Assembly: GCA_035259785.1 (NCBI GenBank)
Contig: DATFVZ010000181.1
Coordinates: 1-47,559 of the forward strand
DNA from: Gemmatimonadales bacterium
Lineage (GTDB): Bacteria; Gemmatimonadota; Gemmatimonadetes; Gemmatimonadales; GWC2-71-9
Direction: 5' to 3'
Length of the DNA: 47,559 nt
In this document: in pieces, positions 1-9,328 of the stretch
How the letters are laid out: every line of letters begins with the position of its first letter
How positions within the stretch are numbered: position 1 is the first letter of the stretch
Position numbers and translations under genes: made by a program
The notes under the pieces: model-generated
The model's database searches: none
Seen by the model: the letters and a program-made list of their open reading frames with translations, nothing else
What the model was told of the DNA's origin: nothing

Positions 1-493
1 TCCGCACCCGCTCCAGCACCGGGAGTGTGACCGAGTTGCTCGATGCTGCGACATCGCGCAGCCGGCTGATCTGGTCACCAGTCAGTCCGAGCACGCCGTA
101 GGCCCCGAGAATCTGGTCGATCGGGTTCTCGATCCCCGCCAGCTCGAGCCGGATGCTCGCCGCGCCGCGATCCTGGCGCGCCCATAACGACTTGCCGCCG
201 CGCTCCGGGACCAGGCCAAAGTAATGCGCGGTCAGCTCGTACGGCGCGCGGCCGGGGAACTGGATCGTGAACCGGCCGCGGTCGTCGCTCGTCTGCCAGC
301 GCGACAGACGCGTGACCGATGAAGTCGCCTGCACGATCGCGCCGGCCAGCGGCTGTCCACCGGGGCCAGTCACGGTGCCGGCGATCGTGTCCGTCCCGGT
401 AACTTGGGGGCTCACATTGTTGGCCGACGCCTCGCCCGCGCAGAGTACCAGTGCGGCGGCGACTACCCAGCCTCGCGACATTAGTTTGGCCAT
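1..493 (-). CDS. Carboxypeptidase-regulatory-like domain protein with signal peptide; N-terminal part only, gene runs off the left edge
   Basis: Absent from the ORF track because it is open at the window edge. The reverse frame from ATG (491-493) reads MAKLMSRGWVVAAALVLCAGEASANNVSPQVTGTDTIAGTVTGPGGQPLAGAIVQATSSVTRLSRWQTSDDRGRFTIQFPGRAPYELTAHYFG... with no stop down to nt 1. It has a signal peptide, the G.V.G..G.PL.GA.V ... D..G.F motif and high GC3. The overlapping track ORF 75..575(-) is Arg/Pro-rich junk. Confidence 0.6.
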   Translation of the reverse strand, partial: MAKLMSRGWVVAAALVLCAGEASANNVSPQVTGTDTIAGTVTGPGGQPLAGAIVQATSSVTRLSRWQTSDDRGRFTIQFPGRAPYELTAHYFGLVPERGGKSLWARQDRGAASIRLELAGIENPIDQILGAYGVLGLTGDQISRLRDVAASSNSVTLPVLERVR

Positions 494-498
494 GGCAA

Positions 499-708
499 CT
501 ACCCCACCCGTTTTGGATTCGCCCACTTGACCACGGCGTATACCAGGAAGGTGCCCACGCCGACGAGTAGCGCATCTACCGTGTTGGCGGGCGTATCGAA
601 AGCGCCCGCGTCATAGTACTCCTTCGCCTGCAGCACTACGAACGCGGTCACCGCGACGATCAGCGCGCGAACGGCGACCACACCCCAGGTGGCCGGAGTA
701 TCTTTCAT
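499..708 (-). CDS. Small membrane protein (two predicted TM helices), unknown function
   Basis: 69-aa ORF with two hydrophobic stretches (WGVVAVRALIVAVTAFVVL; ALLVGVGTFLVYAVV). Its start overlaps the stop of the upstream gene by 4 nt and its stop lies 5 nt from the next start. No family recognised. Confidence 0.4.
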   Translation of the reverse strand: MKDTPATWGVVAVRALIVAVTAFVVLQAKEYYDAGAFDTPANTVDALLVGVGTFLVYAVVKWANPKRVG

Positions 709-1313
709 TTGGACACCACGGCTTCCGTGGGAGGCTTGTCCAGGAACCGTGCGGGGCTCAGGATGAATTGATCGAACCCCACGCCCTCCGAACCGCCCTG
801 CAAGCGCACGGTGACGTCGCCGTTCTTCTGGAAGCGTACGAGGCGATCTTCTCCTGCGTCCTCACAGGCCACCCAGGTCCATCCGACCTGGGTTGGTCCC
901 TCGGCGGTCAGGTAACTGCGCGTGCCGGGACTCAGCGTTTCCTTATTTGCCTTGTCGACCGCGCCGCTGAACTGCACGAACAGTTTGTTGGCCGTCGACA
1001 CGCCTTTTGGCTCGCCCACTTTCATGTGGATCCAGCAGCGATAGTCGATGCCGCTCCGCACCGGCACGGTGAACGTCACGTGGGGGTCGTTCTCGGGCGG
1101 CGGGTCCAGCTCCTCCCCCTTATTCAGCGTCCCCACCAGCTTCCCCCCAGGCGACGCCGGGTCGTTCCAGAAATCGAACTCCGACAGGCCACTCGCTTTC
1201 AAGTCGGAGGCGTAGACGATGACCTCGGGCGCCTTTGCTGGTGCCTGTGCCGTTCCCCGTGCTACTGGGAGCGCCACGGCGCAGAGACCGATGACGAGAA
1301 CTCGGTTGAACAT
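705..1313 (-). CDS. Secreted protein, beta-sandwich / carbohydrate-binding-module-like (tentative)
   Basis: I shorten the track ORF 705..1478 to ATG at 1311-1313 (MFNRVLVIGLCAVALPVARGTAQAP, a clear signal peptide), preceded by AGGAGG. The mature part is beta-rich (FTVPVRSGIDYRCWIHMKVG...VRFQKNGDVTVRLQGGSEGVGFDQFILSP). The fold assignment is a guess. Confidence 0.55.
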   Translation of the reverse strand: MFNRVLVIGLCAVALPVARGTAQAPAKAPEVIVYASDLKASGLSEFDFWNDPASPGGKLVGTLNKGEELDPPPENDPHVTFTVPVRSGIDYRCWIHMKVGEPKGVSTANKLFVQFSGAVDKANKETLSPGTRSYLTAEGPTQVGWTWVACEDAGEDRLVRFQKNGDVTVRLQGGSEGVGFDQFILSPARFLDKPPTEAVVSK

Positions 1314-1449
1314 TTCAATCCTCCTAGAACGAAAAAGAACCCCAATGAGCGTCATCTTATCGACCTGAACGTCTTCGCTGGCCAGGCGCAAAACTCGACC
1401 GCGCCCTCGCCAAGACTCTCCGATTCGACTATTGGTCACAATGCGAGCG

Positions 1450-1476
1450 GCGCCGCCACCAACGTCGTGGCGGCGC
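1450..1476 (-). terminator. GC-rich hairpin downstream of the last RND gene (candidate terminator, no U-tract)
   Basis: Perfect 10-bp inverted repeat GCGCCGCCAC / GTGGCGGCGC with a 7-nt loop, about 47 nt past the stop at 1523. It sits in the only sizeable gap (209 bp) of the left-hand gene array. Confidence 0.35.
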
Positions 1477-1522
1477 ACGCAAGCACGCTTAGTCTCACAA
1501 TGCTGACAAATTCACCTCTCGC

Positions 1523-4500
1523 TCACGCCGTCGTTGCGGCGTTCTTGCCGAACCGCAGATAGAGGCTCGGTACGATGAACAGGTTCAGTAGCGTAGACGT
1601 GATCAAGCCGCCCAGCACGACGATGGCCAACGGGTGCTCGATCTCATGCCCCGGAATGCTGCCGGCCACCACGAGCGGCACGAGCGCCAGACCCGTCGCC
1701 AACGTCGTCATCAGGATCGGCGACAGCCGTTCCCGCGCTCCACGCAGCACCAGGGCTGGCCCGAAGGTTTCGCCTTCGAACCGCTCGAGATGCTGGAAGT
1801 GGTTGATCATCATGATGCCGTTGCGGGCCGCGATGCCCAGGATGGTCAGGAAGCCGACCAGCGACCCGAGCGAGACGACCCCGGTGCTGAAGTAGATCGC
1901 CAGCGCTCCGCCGACCAGCGCCGACGGGAGCGTGACGAATGAGAGTATACCGAGACGCCAGCTCTTGAAGGACGTCTCCAGCAGAAACAGGATGCCGATC
2001 GCGGCGAAGATCGCCAGGAACATGAGGGTCTTCGACGCCGCCTGCCGCTCCTTCCACTCACCCTGAAGTTCGGCGTGGTAGCCGAGCGGCAGCCTGACTG
2101 TTTGCAGCCGCTTTTCAACATCGGCCACGACTGAACCCAGGTCGCGACCCTTGGCGCTGGCCTGCACATCGAGGCGCCGCGCAGCGTTTTCGCGCTGAAT
2201 CATGTTGGCCGTCGGCTTGACGGTCACGCTGGCAACATCGGCCAGGCGCACGTGGCCCCCATCGGGCGTGTCGATGAGCATCTCGCGCACGTTGGTGAGG
2301 TTTTGCCGAGCCTCGGGGATAGACCAGACCTGCACGTCGTACACCCAGCCGTCGCGGTGAATATCCGACACTTCCGCGCCGGTCATGATGCGGTTCGCCG
2401 ACCGCAGCACCTCGCCCGGCGAGAGCCCGTAGCGATTGGCTGCCTCCACGTTCACCTTGACTTCCACGAACGGGATTTCCGTTTGCAGCTGCACGTGGAG
2501 ATCGGCGAGTCCGTCGATGCCCTCCAACGCCGCCTTCACGCTATCGGCGGCGGCGCGCAGGGTCGAGAGCTCAGGACCGAACATGCGCACGATGATGGCA
2601 TGCCCACCGCCCGTCAGGACCTCGCGAATGCGCTCCTTCAGATAGGTCTGCACGTCGCGGTAGACGCCGGGGTAGCCTTCCACGGTCTCGTGAATGGCCG
2701 CCAGCGTGGCGTCGTAGTCCACCTTCGGGTCGACGCTGATCCAGTTCTCGGTGAAGTTGATGCCGTACGGCTCGTCCCCGGTCAGCGCCCGCCCGATGTG
2801 GGCGCCGAAGTTGCGCACGCCGGGAATGGACCGCAGTTCTTTGCTCGCCGCGGCCGTAATGCGGTACATCTCCGGGTGCGAGCTGCCCGGCTTGTTGAGC
2901 CAATGCATCAGGAAGTCCCGCTCCTTGAACGACGGCAGCAGCTCCTGGCCGAGGCGAGGCACGACGAAAATGCCCGCCGCCACGACCAGGACGACCATCG
3001 CGTAGGCGGTGCGCGGAACCCGAACGATGCGCGCCAACAAGGCCTGGTAGCGAGTTTGCAGCCACCGCGCCAGTGGCGATCCGTGCTCCGTCAGCGGGGC
3101 GTTGCGCAGCAACAACAGGCCCATCGCCGGCGTCACGGTGAGCGCCACGACCAGCGAGGCCAGCACAGCGAGCGCGTAGGAGATGGCCAGCGGGCGGAAG
3201 AAGGCGCCGGACAGGCCCTGCATGAAGAACACCGGGAGCAGCGCCGTCACGTCGATCAACGTTGCGTAGATGATCGCGCTCCGTACTTCGAGCGAGCCAT
3301 CGAGGATGATGCGCCCGATGGATCGTGACGTGCCTTCCTTGCGGTATTGACGCAGTCGTCGTGTGATGTTCTCGATGTCGATGATGGCGTCATCCACGAC
3401 GACCCCGACCGAGATGACCAGCCCGGCCAGCACCATCACATTGATTGTGGCATCCCGCACGTACAACACCATCATCGCGGCCATGAGCGACAGCGGAATC
3501 GCGACGACGCTGATCACCGCGGCGCGCCAGTCGTACAGGAAGAACACGAGCACCCCGACGACCAGCAGACAGCCTAGCAGCAGGGCATTGGTGAGATTCT
3601 TGATTGACAGCTCGATGTAGGTCGCAGGCCGGAAGATCTTGGAGTCGATCTCCACCCCCGGCAGGCCGCGGCGCAGCTCCTCGATTGCCGCGTCCACCCC
3701 CTGCGTGACCTGCAGCGTGTTGGCCCAGGGCAGCTTCTCGACGATCAACATGAGACCCGGTCCATCATTGATGACCGCGTCCCCGACCAGCGGCCAGGTG
3801 TCCCAGCGGATGTTCGCCACATCACCGAGTCGCACTGTCCGGCCATTGGCCGTCTGCACGATGATCCGCTCAACGTCCTCGGGCTCGATGATGGGGGCCA
3901 CGTGCTGCATCGGGAGCCGCTGATTGGGAGTGTCGATGAAGCCCTCGGTCTGGGTCTTGGCGGAGACCGAGTACGGCAGCAAGCCCATATCGAGGGTTTC
4001 CGAGGTGACTTCGTGAATCTGCTCGAGAGACACCCGGTGCTGCCGCGCCTTCTCTGGGTCGACCTGGATCGTGAACATCTTGATCCGCTCGCCCCACATC
4101 GGCACGTTGGCGACACCTGGGACCTGAAGCAGGCGGAACTTGATCGTCCAATAGGCGATCATCGACAGGTCCATCAAATTGTACTGCTGCGACGACAGGC
4201 CGATCTTCATAACCCGGCTGGTCGCCGATAGAGGCTGCAGCATGACCGGCGGGGTGGCCGCCGCGGCCGGCAGGTTCATGACCGCCAGATTGAGCCGTTC
4301 CTGCACCATCTGTCGGGCGTGCAGGATGTCGGTGCCGCGCTTGAATTGTAGAACGATCTGCGACAACCCATTCACCGACCGGGAGCGCATCACGTCGAGC
4401 TCCGGCGTTCCCGAGAGCACGAGCTCCATGGGGTTGGTGATAAGGTCCTCGACCTCGGCCGACGACATGCCCTGGCCTTCGGTCTGGATTTCTACCTTGG

Positions 4501-4633
4501 GCGGTGCGAACTCGGGAAACACGTCGACCGCCATATGGCGCAAACGCGATTGGCCGAAGAACACTAGGGCGGCAGCCCCGGCGATGACCAGGTATCGGAA
4601 TCTCAAGCTCGAGGCCACGATCCAGCGCATCAT
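1523..4633 (-). CDS. RND efflux permease, type I subunit of module A (RND-1)
   Basis: Track ORF starts at TTG 4684. I prefer the ATG-ATG at 4628-4633 ([15 protein letters not shown]), which has a purine-rich SD ~8 nt upstream and matches the MMRLIV / MMRSLV starts of the paralogues. Twelve-TM RND layout with two large periplasmic loops, TM4 motif [14 protein letters not shown] and TM10 motif [13 protein letters not shown]. Confidence 0.9.
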   Translation of the reverse strand: MMRWIVASSLRFRYLVIAGAAALVFFGQSRLRHMAVDVFPEFAPPKVEIQTEGQGMSSAEVEDLITNPMELVLSGTPELDVMRSRSVNGLSQIVLQFKRGTDILHARQMVQERLNLAVMNLPAAAATPPVMLQPLSATSRVMKIGLSSQQYNLMDLSMIAYWTIKFRLLQVPGVANVPMWGERIKMFTIQVDPEKARQHRVSLEQIHEVTSETLDMGLLPYSVSAKTQTEGFIDTPNQRLPMQHVAPIIEPEDVERIIVQTANGRTVRLGDVANIRWDTWPLVGDAVINDGPGLMLIVEKLPWANTLQVTQGVDAAIEELRRGLPGVEIDSKIFRPATYIELSIKNLTNALLLGCLLVVGVLVFFLYDWRAAVISVVAIPLSLMAAMMVLYVRDATINVMVLAGLVISVGVVVDDAIIDIENITRRLRQYRKEGTSRSIGRIILDGSLEVRSAIIYATLIDVTALLPVFFMQGLSGAFFRPLAISYALAVLASLVVALTVTPAMGLLLLRNAPLTEHGSPLARWLQTRYQALLARIVRVPRTAYAMVVLVVAAGIFVVPRLGQELLPSFKERDFLMHWLNKPGSSHPEMYRITAAASKELRSIPGVRNFGAHIGRALTGDEPYGINFTENWISVDPKVDYDATLAAIHETVEGYPGVYRDVQTYLKERIREVLTGGGHAIIVRMFGPELSTLRAAADSVKAALEGIDGLADLHVQLQTEIPFVEVKVNVEAANRYGLSPGEVLRSANRIMTGAEVSDIHRDGWVYDVQVWSIPEARQNLTNVREMLIDTPDGGHVRLADVASVTVKPTANMIQRENAARRLDVQASAKGRDLGSVVADVEKRLQTVRLPLGYHAELQGEWKERQAASKTLMFLAIFAAIGILFLLETSFKSWRLGILSFVTLPSALVGGALAIYFSTGVVSLGSLVGFLTILGIAARNGIMMINHFQHLERFEGETFGPALVLRGARERLSPILMTTLATGLALVPLVVAGSIPGHEIEHPLAIVVLGGLITSTLLNLFIVPSLYLRFGKNAATTA

Positions 4634-4673
4634 AGGGTGGCTCTTCCTCTCGTTGGTGCGAACGTCCCAGCCA

Positions 4674-5123
4674 TTAGTGGCCAATCTCGAATTCGGCGCC
4701 GAACAATTGCAGCGCTCCTACTGTGACGACCGTCGTGCCGGCCGGTGGGCCGCTCGTCAGCACAGCCAGATCGCCGTCGATGTATTCGACCTCGATTGGG
4801 TGACGGATGTAGCGAAGCTCTTCAGGGCTGGCATATACCCACGTGCGGCCCTTCGCATCGTACAGAACGGAGGCGTAGGGTACGACGATGCGACGTACGC
4901 CGCCCGACCGACTCGTGGTCACCGACCGGACGGTCGCGGTCTCGATGCGGAGGCGCTGCGCTGCGTGCGAAGTCAGCGTCACGCGGGACACCTCAGCGCC
5001 CTGGACGTGGTCGACGGTGGCCGGCTTCTCTTTCTTCGCGGCCGCCGCCTTCGGCTTTTGGCTGCACGCCATCAGCGCCACGCCGACAGCGACCAAACAC
5101 AGAGCTCTTGTTGGCGTAATCAT
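4674..5123 (-). CDS. 149-aa lipoprotein, mini periplasmic adaptor (membrane-proximal-domain-only MFP-like), module A
   Basis: Signal peptide with lipobox-like LMAC. Paralogous to 17564..18013. N- and C-terminal segments resemble the first strand and last ~70 aa of RND adaptors (VVPYASVLYD..G..WVY...GDLAVL..G...GTTVVTVGALQLFGAE). ATGA overlap with the upstream RND stop (5120-5123). Confidence 0.75.
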   Translation of the reverse strand: MITPTRALCLVAVGVALMACSQKPKAAAAKKEKPATVDHVQGAEVSRVTLTSHAAQRLRIETATVRSVTTSRSGGVRRIVVPYASVLYDAKGRTWVYASPEELRYIRHPIEVEYIDGDLAVLTSGPPAGTTVVTVGALQLFGAEFEIGH

Positions 5124-8100
5124 TGGGTCACCTCGCTCGTCTCGGTCCCCAGACCGAGGTCCGCCTCACGGCGGGCGCCGAACCGGAGGTACAGCGCCGG
5201 AACCACGTAAAGGGTGAACACCACGGTGGTCACAAGCCCGCCCAGCATCACGGCAGCGATGGGGTGCACGATTTCGAGGCCGGTCCGGCTGCCGAAGATC
5301 ACCAGGGGCAGCAAGGCAGCCATGGTGATGAGGGACGTCACGATGATGGACATGAACCGCTCTTCCGTGCCGCGCCGTACCAGCTCGGGCCCGAACCGCA
5401 TGCCGTCCTGCTCCTCGAGGTCCTGATAGTGGCGTACGAGCATGACGCCGTGTCGTACCGCGATGGCGAGCACGCCGATGAACCCCATCAGCGAGCCGAG
5501 GGAGAGGGACGCGCCGTCGATCAACGCGCCGAACACACCACCAGCGAGCGCCGCCGGCATCGCCAGGAAGAATGCGGCTGACATGCGCCAGCTGCGGAAG
5601 GCGGCCTGCAGCAGCAACAGGATCCCGATCCCGACCGCGAGCGCAAAGCTCATCACGCGCTCCTCGGCTGCTTCCCGCTCAGCAGACTCTCCCAGCACTG
5701 CCGGGTAGTACTCGACCGGGAACTCGACATTGTCGAGGCGGCTTTCGACTTCGTCGACTACCGTGGCGAGATCGCGGCCGCGCACGTCGGCCACCACGTC
5801 GATGCGGTTCTGCAGCGCCTCGTGATGGATGACGGTGGGTGAGGGCACGATCCGCACGTCAGCCACGTCCCGCAGACGCACGTGACCACCGCGCGGGGTG
5901 TCGATGAGGAGGTTGCCGATGTCGCTCACGCTATTGCGCTTCTCGGGTACTCCCCACACGACGACGTCGAACACCCGCTGCTCTTCGAACAGGAACCCGA
6001 CGTTCAGCCCGGAGAACATCGTGGCCGCCGCGCGGCGCACGTCCCCCGGCTTCACGCCGTAGGGATCCGCTTTTGCCAGATCGACCTGAATTTCCACTGC
6101 CGGTTGCTCGACGTAGCCGGCGACATGGAGATCGACGAGTCCCGATACCGGTGCCAACGCCTCCCGCACCTCGTCCGCCTTGGCACGCAGCACGTCGCGC
6201 TTCTTGCCGTAGATGCGCACGACCACGGATTGGCTGGCTCCAGCGAGGACTTCCCGGATGGTGCCGCTCAAATAGCTCCGCACGTCGTGCGCGAGTCCCG
6301 GATATCCGTTCACGACCGAACGCACGGCGCTGACCGTCGCGTCGTAGTCGGCCGACGGAGCGATGCGGACCCACAGCTGGCTGGAATTGACCCCCACCAC
6401 CTGATCGCCGGTCACCGCCCGCCCGACGTGCACATAGGCGCCGGCGACGCCGTTGACCTTGCGCAGCTCTCGGCTCGCCAGGGTCATGATCCGTGACATC
6501 TCGGGATGGGAAGTGCCAGGCGCCCCCACCCAGTCGATCCGCAGGTACCCTTCACGGAACGACGGGAGCAGCGACTGATTCAGCAACGGCCAGATCGCGG
6601 CCCCTGCGACAATGAGAACCACTGCCGTCGCCAGCGTGGCGACAGGCACGCGGATCGTGCGCGCGAGTATCCCGCTGTAAATTCCCTGCAGGCGACCTAC
6701 GAACCCCGCTCCGCGTTGCTCGAGCGAACGACGCCGCAGCACGGCAGCCAACGCCGGCGTGACGGTCAGCGCGACTACGAGGGCGGCGAGCAAAGCGACC
6801 GTGTACGTAAGAGCCAGCGGCCGGAAGAAATCGCCCGCCACGCCTTCCATCAGGAACACCGGCACGACGGCGAGCAGGAGAATCATCGTGGCGAACAACA
6901 TCGGACCCCGTGCCCGGCCGATCTGGTCCGGGCCCCGTCCGTGACGCGTGGCGTCGACGCCGACGATGGCCTCGTCGACCACCACCGCGAGTGCGATGAC
7001 CATTCCTGCCAACACCATCGTGTTGAGCGTGCCGCCCATGTACCCGACGACAGCGCCCGCGGCGACCAGGGACAATGGGATCGTCACGAGACTGATCAGG
7101 GCTGCGCGCCAGTCGTGCAACAGCACCGTGAGGAGCACGATCGCCAGCACCGCCGCGATCACCAGCGCCTGACCGAGATTCGAGAACGCCGTCTCGATGA
7201 AGCTCGCCGAGCGATAGATCGACGGGTCGAGGTCAACCCCGGGAAGTCCGTGGCGCAGCTCTGACAGGGCCACGTCAACCCCTTTTGCTACCTCGAGCGT
7301 GTTGGCGCCGGGGAGTTTCTCGATCACGAGCAGCAGTCCCGGGCCGTCGGAAAGGACGGCGTCGCCGATCAGCGGCGGGTGTCCTTCCACCACGTTCGCC
7401 ACGTCGCCCAGCAGCAGGGAGGATCCAGCGATCCGGACCCTGGCAAGATCTTTTGGACGTGAGATCGGCAGGACATGGCGTACCTCGAGCCGCTGTTGGG
7501 GACCGTCCAGCCATCCGCCGGCCCCGGGATGCGACGCCTCGAGGTAGGTCAGCGGGGAGATCCACAGCGAGTTGCCGGTCGTCTCGATGATCTGATGTTG
7601 TGTTACGCCGTGAGCGGCGAGGCGGTCGGGATCGAACTGCACTTGCAGTTGCCGATCACGGTCGCCCCACACGGCCACATTCGCGACGCCGGGGATGCCC
7701 AGCAGCCTGGGCTTGATCGTCCAACGCGCGAGGACGGACAGGTCCATCAGGGGAACCGTCTTCGACGATAGCCCGATCATCGCGACGCGGCTCGTCGCCG
7801 AGAGCGGCTGGATCATGATCGGCGCTTTGGAGGCGTTGGGCAGCGCGTAGGCGCCGGTCAGGCGTTCCTGCACCATCTGCCGCGCCCGCCAGATGTTGGT
7901 GCCAGGCTCGAAAATCATCATGATCGACGACATGCCCGGCACGGACTTGGAGCGCATGGTCTCGAGCCACGGCACTCCCGCGAGCAGCTCCTCGACGTTC
8001 AGCGTCACCAGGTTTTCCACCTCGGTGGCGGAAAGTCCCAGCGCCTCAGTCTGGATTTCGATGTAGGGCGGGGCGAACTCCGGTAGTGCGTCCACCGGCA

Positions 8101-8200
8101 TGTTTCGTACGCGCCCGATGCCGAGCACCATGACGACCACAGCGGCGGCCACCACGAGAACGCGGAGTCTCACACTTGCTTCGATGATGTGACGGATCAT
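5120..8200 (-). CDS. RND efflux permease, type II subunit of module A (RND-2), divergent TM4 region
   Basis: 1026-aa ORF, MIRHIIEASVRLRVLVV...PVDALPEFAPPYIEIQTEALGLSA. RND topology. TM4 motif reads VVVDEAIVGVDATRHGRG, followed by a ~15-aa deletion relative to the three paralogues. TM10 reads AIAVRHGVMLVRH. Confidence 0.9.
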   Translation of the reverse strand: MIRHIIEASVRLRVLVVAAAVVVMVLGIGRVRNMPVDALPEFAPPYIEIQTEALGLSATEVENLVTLNVEELLAGVPWLETMRSKSVPGMSSIMMIFEPGTNIWRARQMVQERLTGAYALPNASKAPIMIQPLSATSRVAMIGLSSKTVPLMDLSVLARWTIKPRLLGIPGVANVAVWGDRDRQLQVQFDPDRLAAHGVTQHQIIETTGNSLWISPLTYLEASHPGAGGWLDGPQQRLEVRHVLPISRPKDLARVRIAGSSLLLGDVANVVEGHPPLIGDAVLSDGPGLLLVIEKLPGANTLEVAKGVDVALSELRHGLPGVDLDPSIYRSASFIETAFSNLGQALVIAAVLAIVLLTVLLHDWRAALISLVTIPLSLVAAGAVVGYMGGTLNTMVLAGMVIALAVVVDEAIVGVDATRHGRGPDQIGRARGPMLFATMILLLAVVPVFLMEGVAGDFFRPLALTYTVALLAALVVALTVTPALAAVLRRRSLEQRGAGFVGRLQGIYSGILARTIRVPVATLATAVVLIVAGAAIWPLLNQSLLPSFREGYLRIDWVGAPGTSHPEMSRIMTLASRELRKVNGVAGAYVHVGRAVTGDQVVGVNSSQLWVRIAPSADYDATVSAVRSVVNGYPGLAHDVRSYLSGTIREVLAGASQSVVVRIYGKKRDVLRAKADEVREALAPVSGLVDLHVAGYVEQPAVEIQVDLAKADPYGVKPGDVRRAAATMFSGLNVGFLFEEQRVFDVVVWGVPEKRNSVSDIGNLLIDTPRGGHVRLRDVADVRIVPSPTVIHHEALQNRIDVVADVRGRDLATVVDEVESRLDNVEFPVEYYPAVLGESAEREAAEERVMSFALAVGIGILLLLQAAFRSWRMSAAFFLAMPAALAGGVFGALIDGASLSLGSLMGFIGVLAIAVRHGVMLVRHYQDLEEQDGMRFGPELVRRGTEERFMSIIVTSLITMAALLPLVIFGSRTGLEIVHPIAAVMLGGLVTTVVFTLYVVPALYLRFGARREADLGLGTETSEVTQ

Positions 8201-8217
8201 AGCTGTCTACTCCTCGT

Positions 8218-9294
8218 TCAGAATGTGACCATCGCGTTCAGGCGCAACCGTGTCTGGAAGTCGTCAGCTGGTTCGTGGTGCCGGTAGTAGTACAGCGTCG
8301 CCGTCAGGAGCGTATTGGCGCGCGGTGTCATATCAAACGACAGCGTGTGGGTGTCGGAGTTGGTCCCGATCGTGGTGTTGTCGTGGGCGAACGCCGCCAG
8401 GATCGCGTCGGTCTCGACCGCTGCGTACCCATAGCGCGCGCGGATGTCGCCTTTGCTCCCTGTCTTGCCGACGTACACGTCCCCGCTGAACCCCGTATTG
8501 AGATCGCTGGCGCCGTCATTCTTCACGTATTCGCCGACGAAACGCAGGGGGAAGCGTGTTCCGGACCTCGAATAGTCGAGGATGACCAATCCGTCGATGA
8601 GATTGAAATCCGACAGATAAACGGCGCCTCCAGGAGCCAGACGGTTGCCTCGCACGTCGCCCGAGACGCTGGCGCTCGCGAGGCTGCTCATGCGGTAGTT
8701 GTAGTACGCCGCCGCGCCCTGGACACGCCAGTTTTTGCCGGCGGCCGCGTTCACTGCGAGCTGCGCGCCTCCCATGTCGCTGGTCGAGTCGCCCTGCCGC
8801 TGGTCAACAATGAAGTACATGGCGGTTAGGTTGGTCGTCACGCCGGGAGCTTTCCCGAACTTCAGGCGCCCACCCGCTCCTTGCGGGTTCACATCGCCAT
8901 CCCAGACCATCTCGGTCGTCAGAAACGGATTTGTGAATTTGCCCGCGAACGCTCCAAACCTCGGACGAGTGAATTCCACCGAAGCAAGGTCCAGAGTGAA
9001 CGCCAGATCGTTCACGAAGCTCGTGAGTGTGACGTCCGTGGAGTTGGGATCGTCCGGATCACCGGTTGCGATACGGGCCCGAACCGTAATGTCTTCCTGC
9101 AGCGCGTAGGTTGCGCCGAGCCGGAACCGGACGACTTCGCGCGCGCGCAGAGCGGCGGGAACGTCGGTGTTGTGCTCGTAGCGCACGCGAAAATCACCGT
9201 TGAAGCGTAATGCGGCCGGCGTCGGCGTCTGGGCGGCGGCCGGTCTCACCGCGAAGAGGCCGGCCGCCACGATTACCACCAAAGTGTCCCTCAT
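8218..9294 (-). CDS. Outer-membrane beta-barrel (putative porin family)
   Basis: 358 aa with signal peptide MRDTLVVIVAAGLFAVRPAAAQ. Alternating beta-strand pattern, aromatic-rich strands and C-terminal ...RLRLNAMVTF ending in Phe. Lies 17 nt upstream of RND-2. Confidence 0.7.
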   Translation of the reverse strand: MRDTLVVIVAAGLFAVRPAAAQTPTPAALRFNGDFRVRYEHNTDVPAALRAREVVRFRLGATYALQEDITVRARIATGDPDDPNSTDVTLTSFVNDLAFTLDLASVEFTRPRFGAFAGKFTNPFLTTEMVWDGDVNPQGAGGRLKFGKAPGVTTNLTAMYFIVDQRQGDSTSDMGGAQLAVNAAAGKNWRVQGAAAYYNYRMSSLASASVSGDVRGNRLAPGGAVYLSDFNLIDGLVILDYSRSGTRFPLRFVGEYVKNDGASDLNTGFSGDVYVGKTGSKGDIRARYGYAAVETDAILAAFAHDNTTIGTNSDTHTLSFDMTPRANTLLTATLYYYRHHEPADDFQTRLRLNAMVTF

Positions 9295-9301
9295 GTGTTA
9301 T

Positions 9302-9310
9302 CCCCCCCCC
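9302..9310 (-). repeat. Homopolymer G9 (C9 on plus strand) in the ribosome-binding region of the porin gene
   Basis: Directly read: tccccccccc at 9301-9310. On the coding strand this is GGGGGGGGG-ATAACAC-ATG. Confidence 0.9.
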
Positions 9311-9328
9311 ATGTTAGTGACCGCCAGC

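Noticed and set aside
75-575. 166-aa track ORF on the minus strand at the left edge
   Set aside because: It is an Arg/Pro/Gly/Trp-rich translation typical of an off-frame read of high-GC DNA. Another frame on the same strand (1..493) gives a signal peptide plus a carboxypeptidase-regulatory-like domain with high GC3.
2252-3328. 358-aa plus-strand ORF inside RND-1, and similar long antisense or off-frame ORFs (e.g. 768..1562, 5882..6496, 6506..7264, 9200..10417, 12826..13968, 14380..15003, 15773..16708, 18903..19583, 20524..21204, 22904..23491, 25566..26642, 32235..33296, 33092..34231, 37213..38118, 42590..43192, 43334..44467)
   Set aside because: All lie within or opposite genes with strong family signatures. 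Their translations are Arg/His/Asp/Pro-rich low-complexity strings without recognisable motifs. Long spurious ORFs are expected on the antisense strand of high-GC genes.
4634-4684. N-terminal extensions of track ORFs (RND-1 to 4684, RND-3 to 17610, GMC to 34900, AlkA-like to 38721, secreted proteins to 1478 and 35587, PadR from 29664, YncE-like from 35678)
   Set aside because: The extensions are polar or Arg-rich, overlap upstream genes or lack an SD. Internal ATG or GTG codons with SD-like sequences give N-termini matching paralogues or a proper signal peptide.
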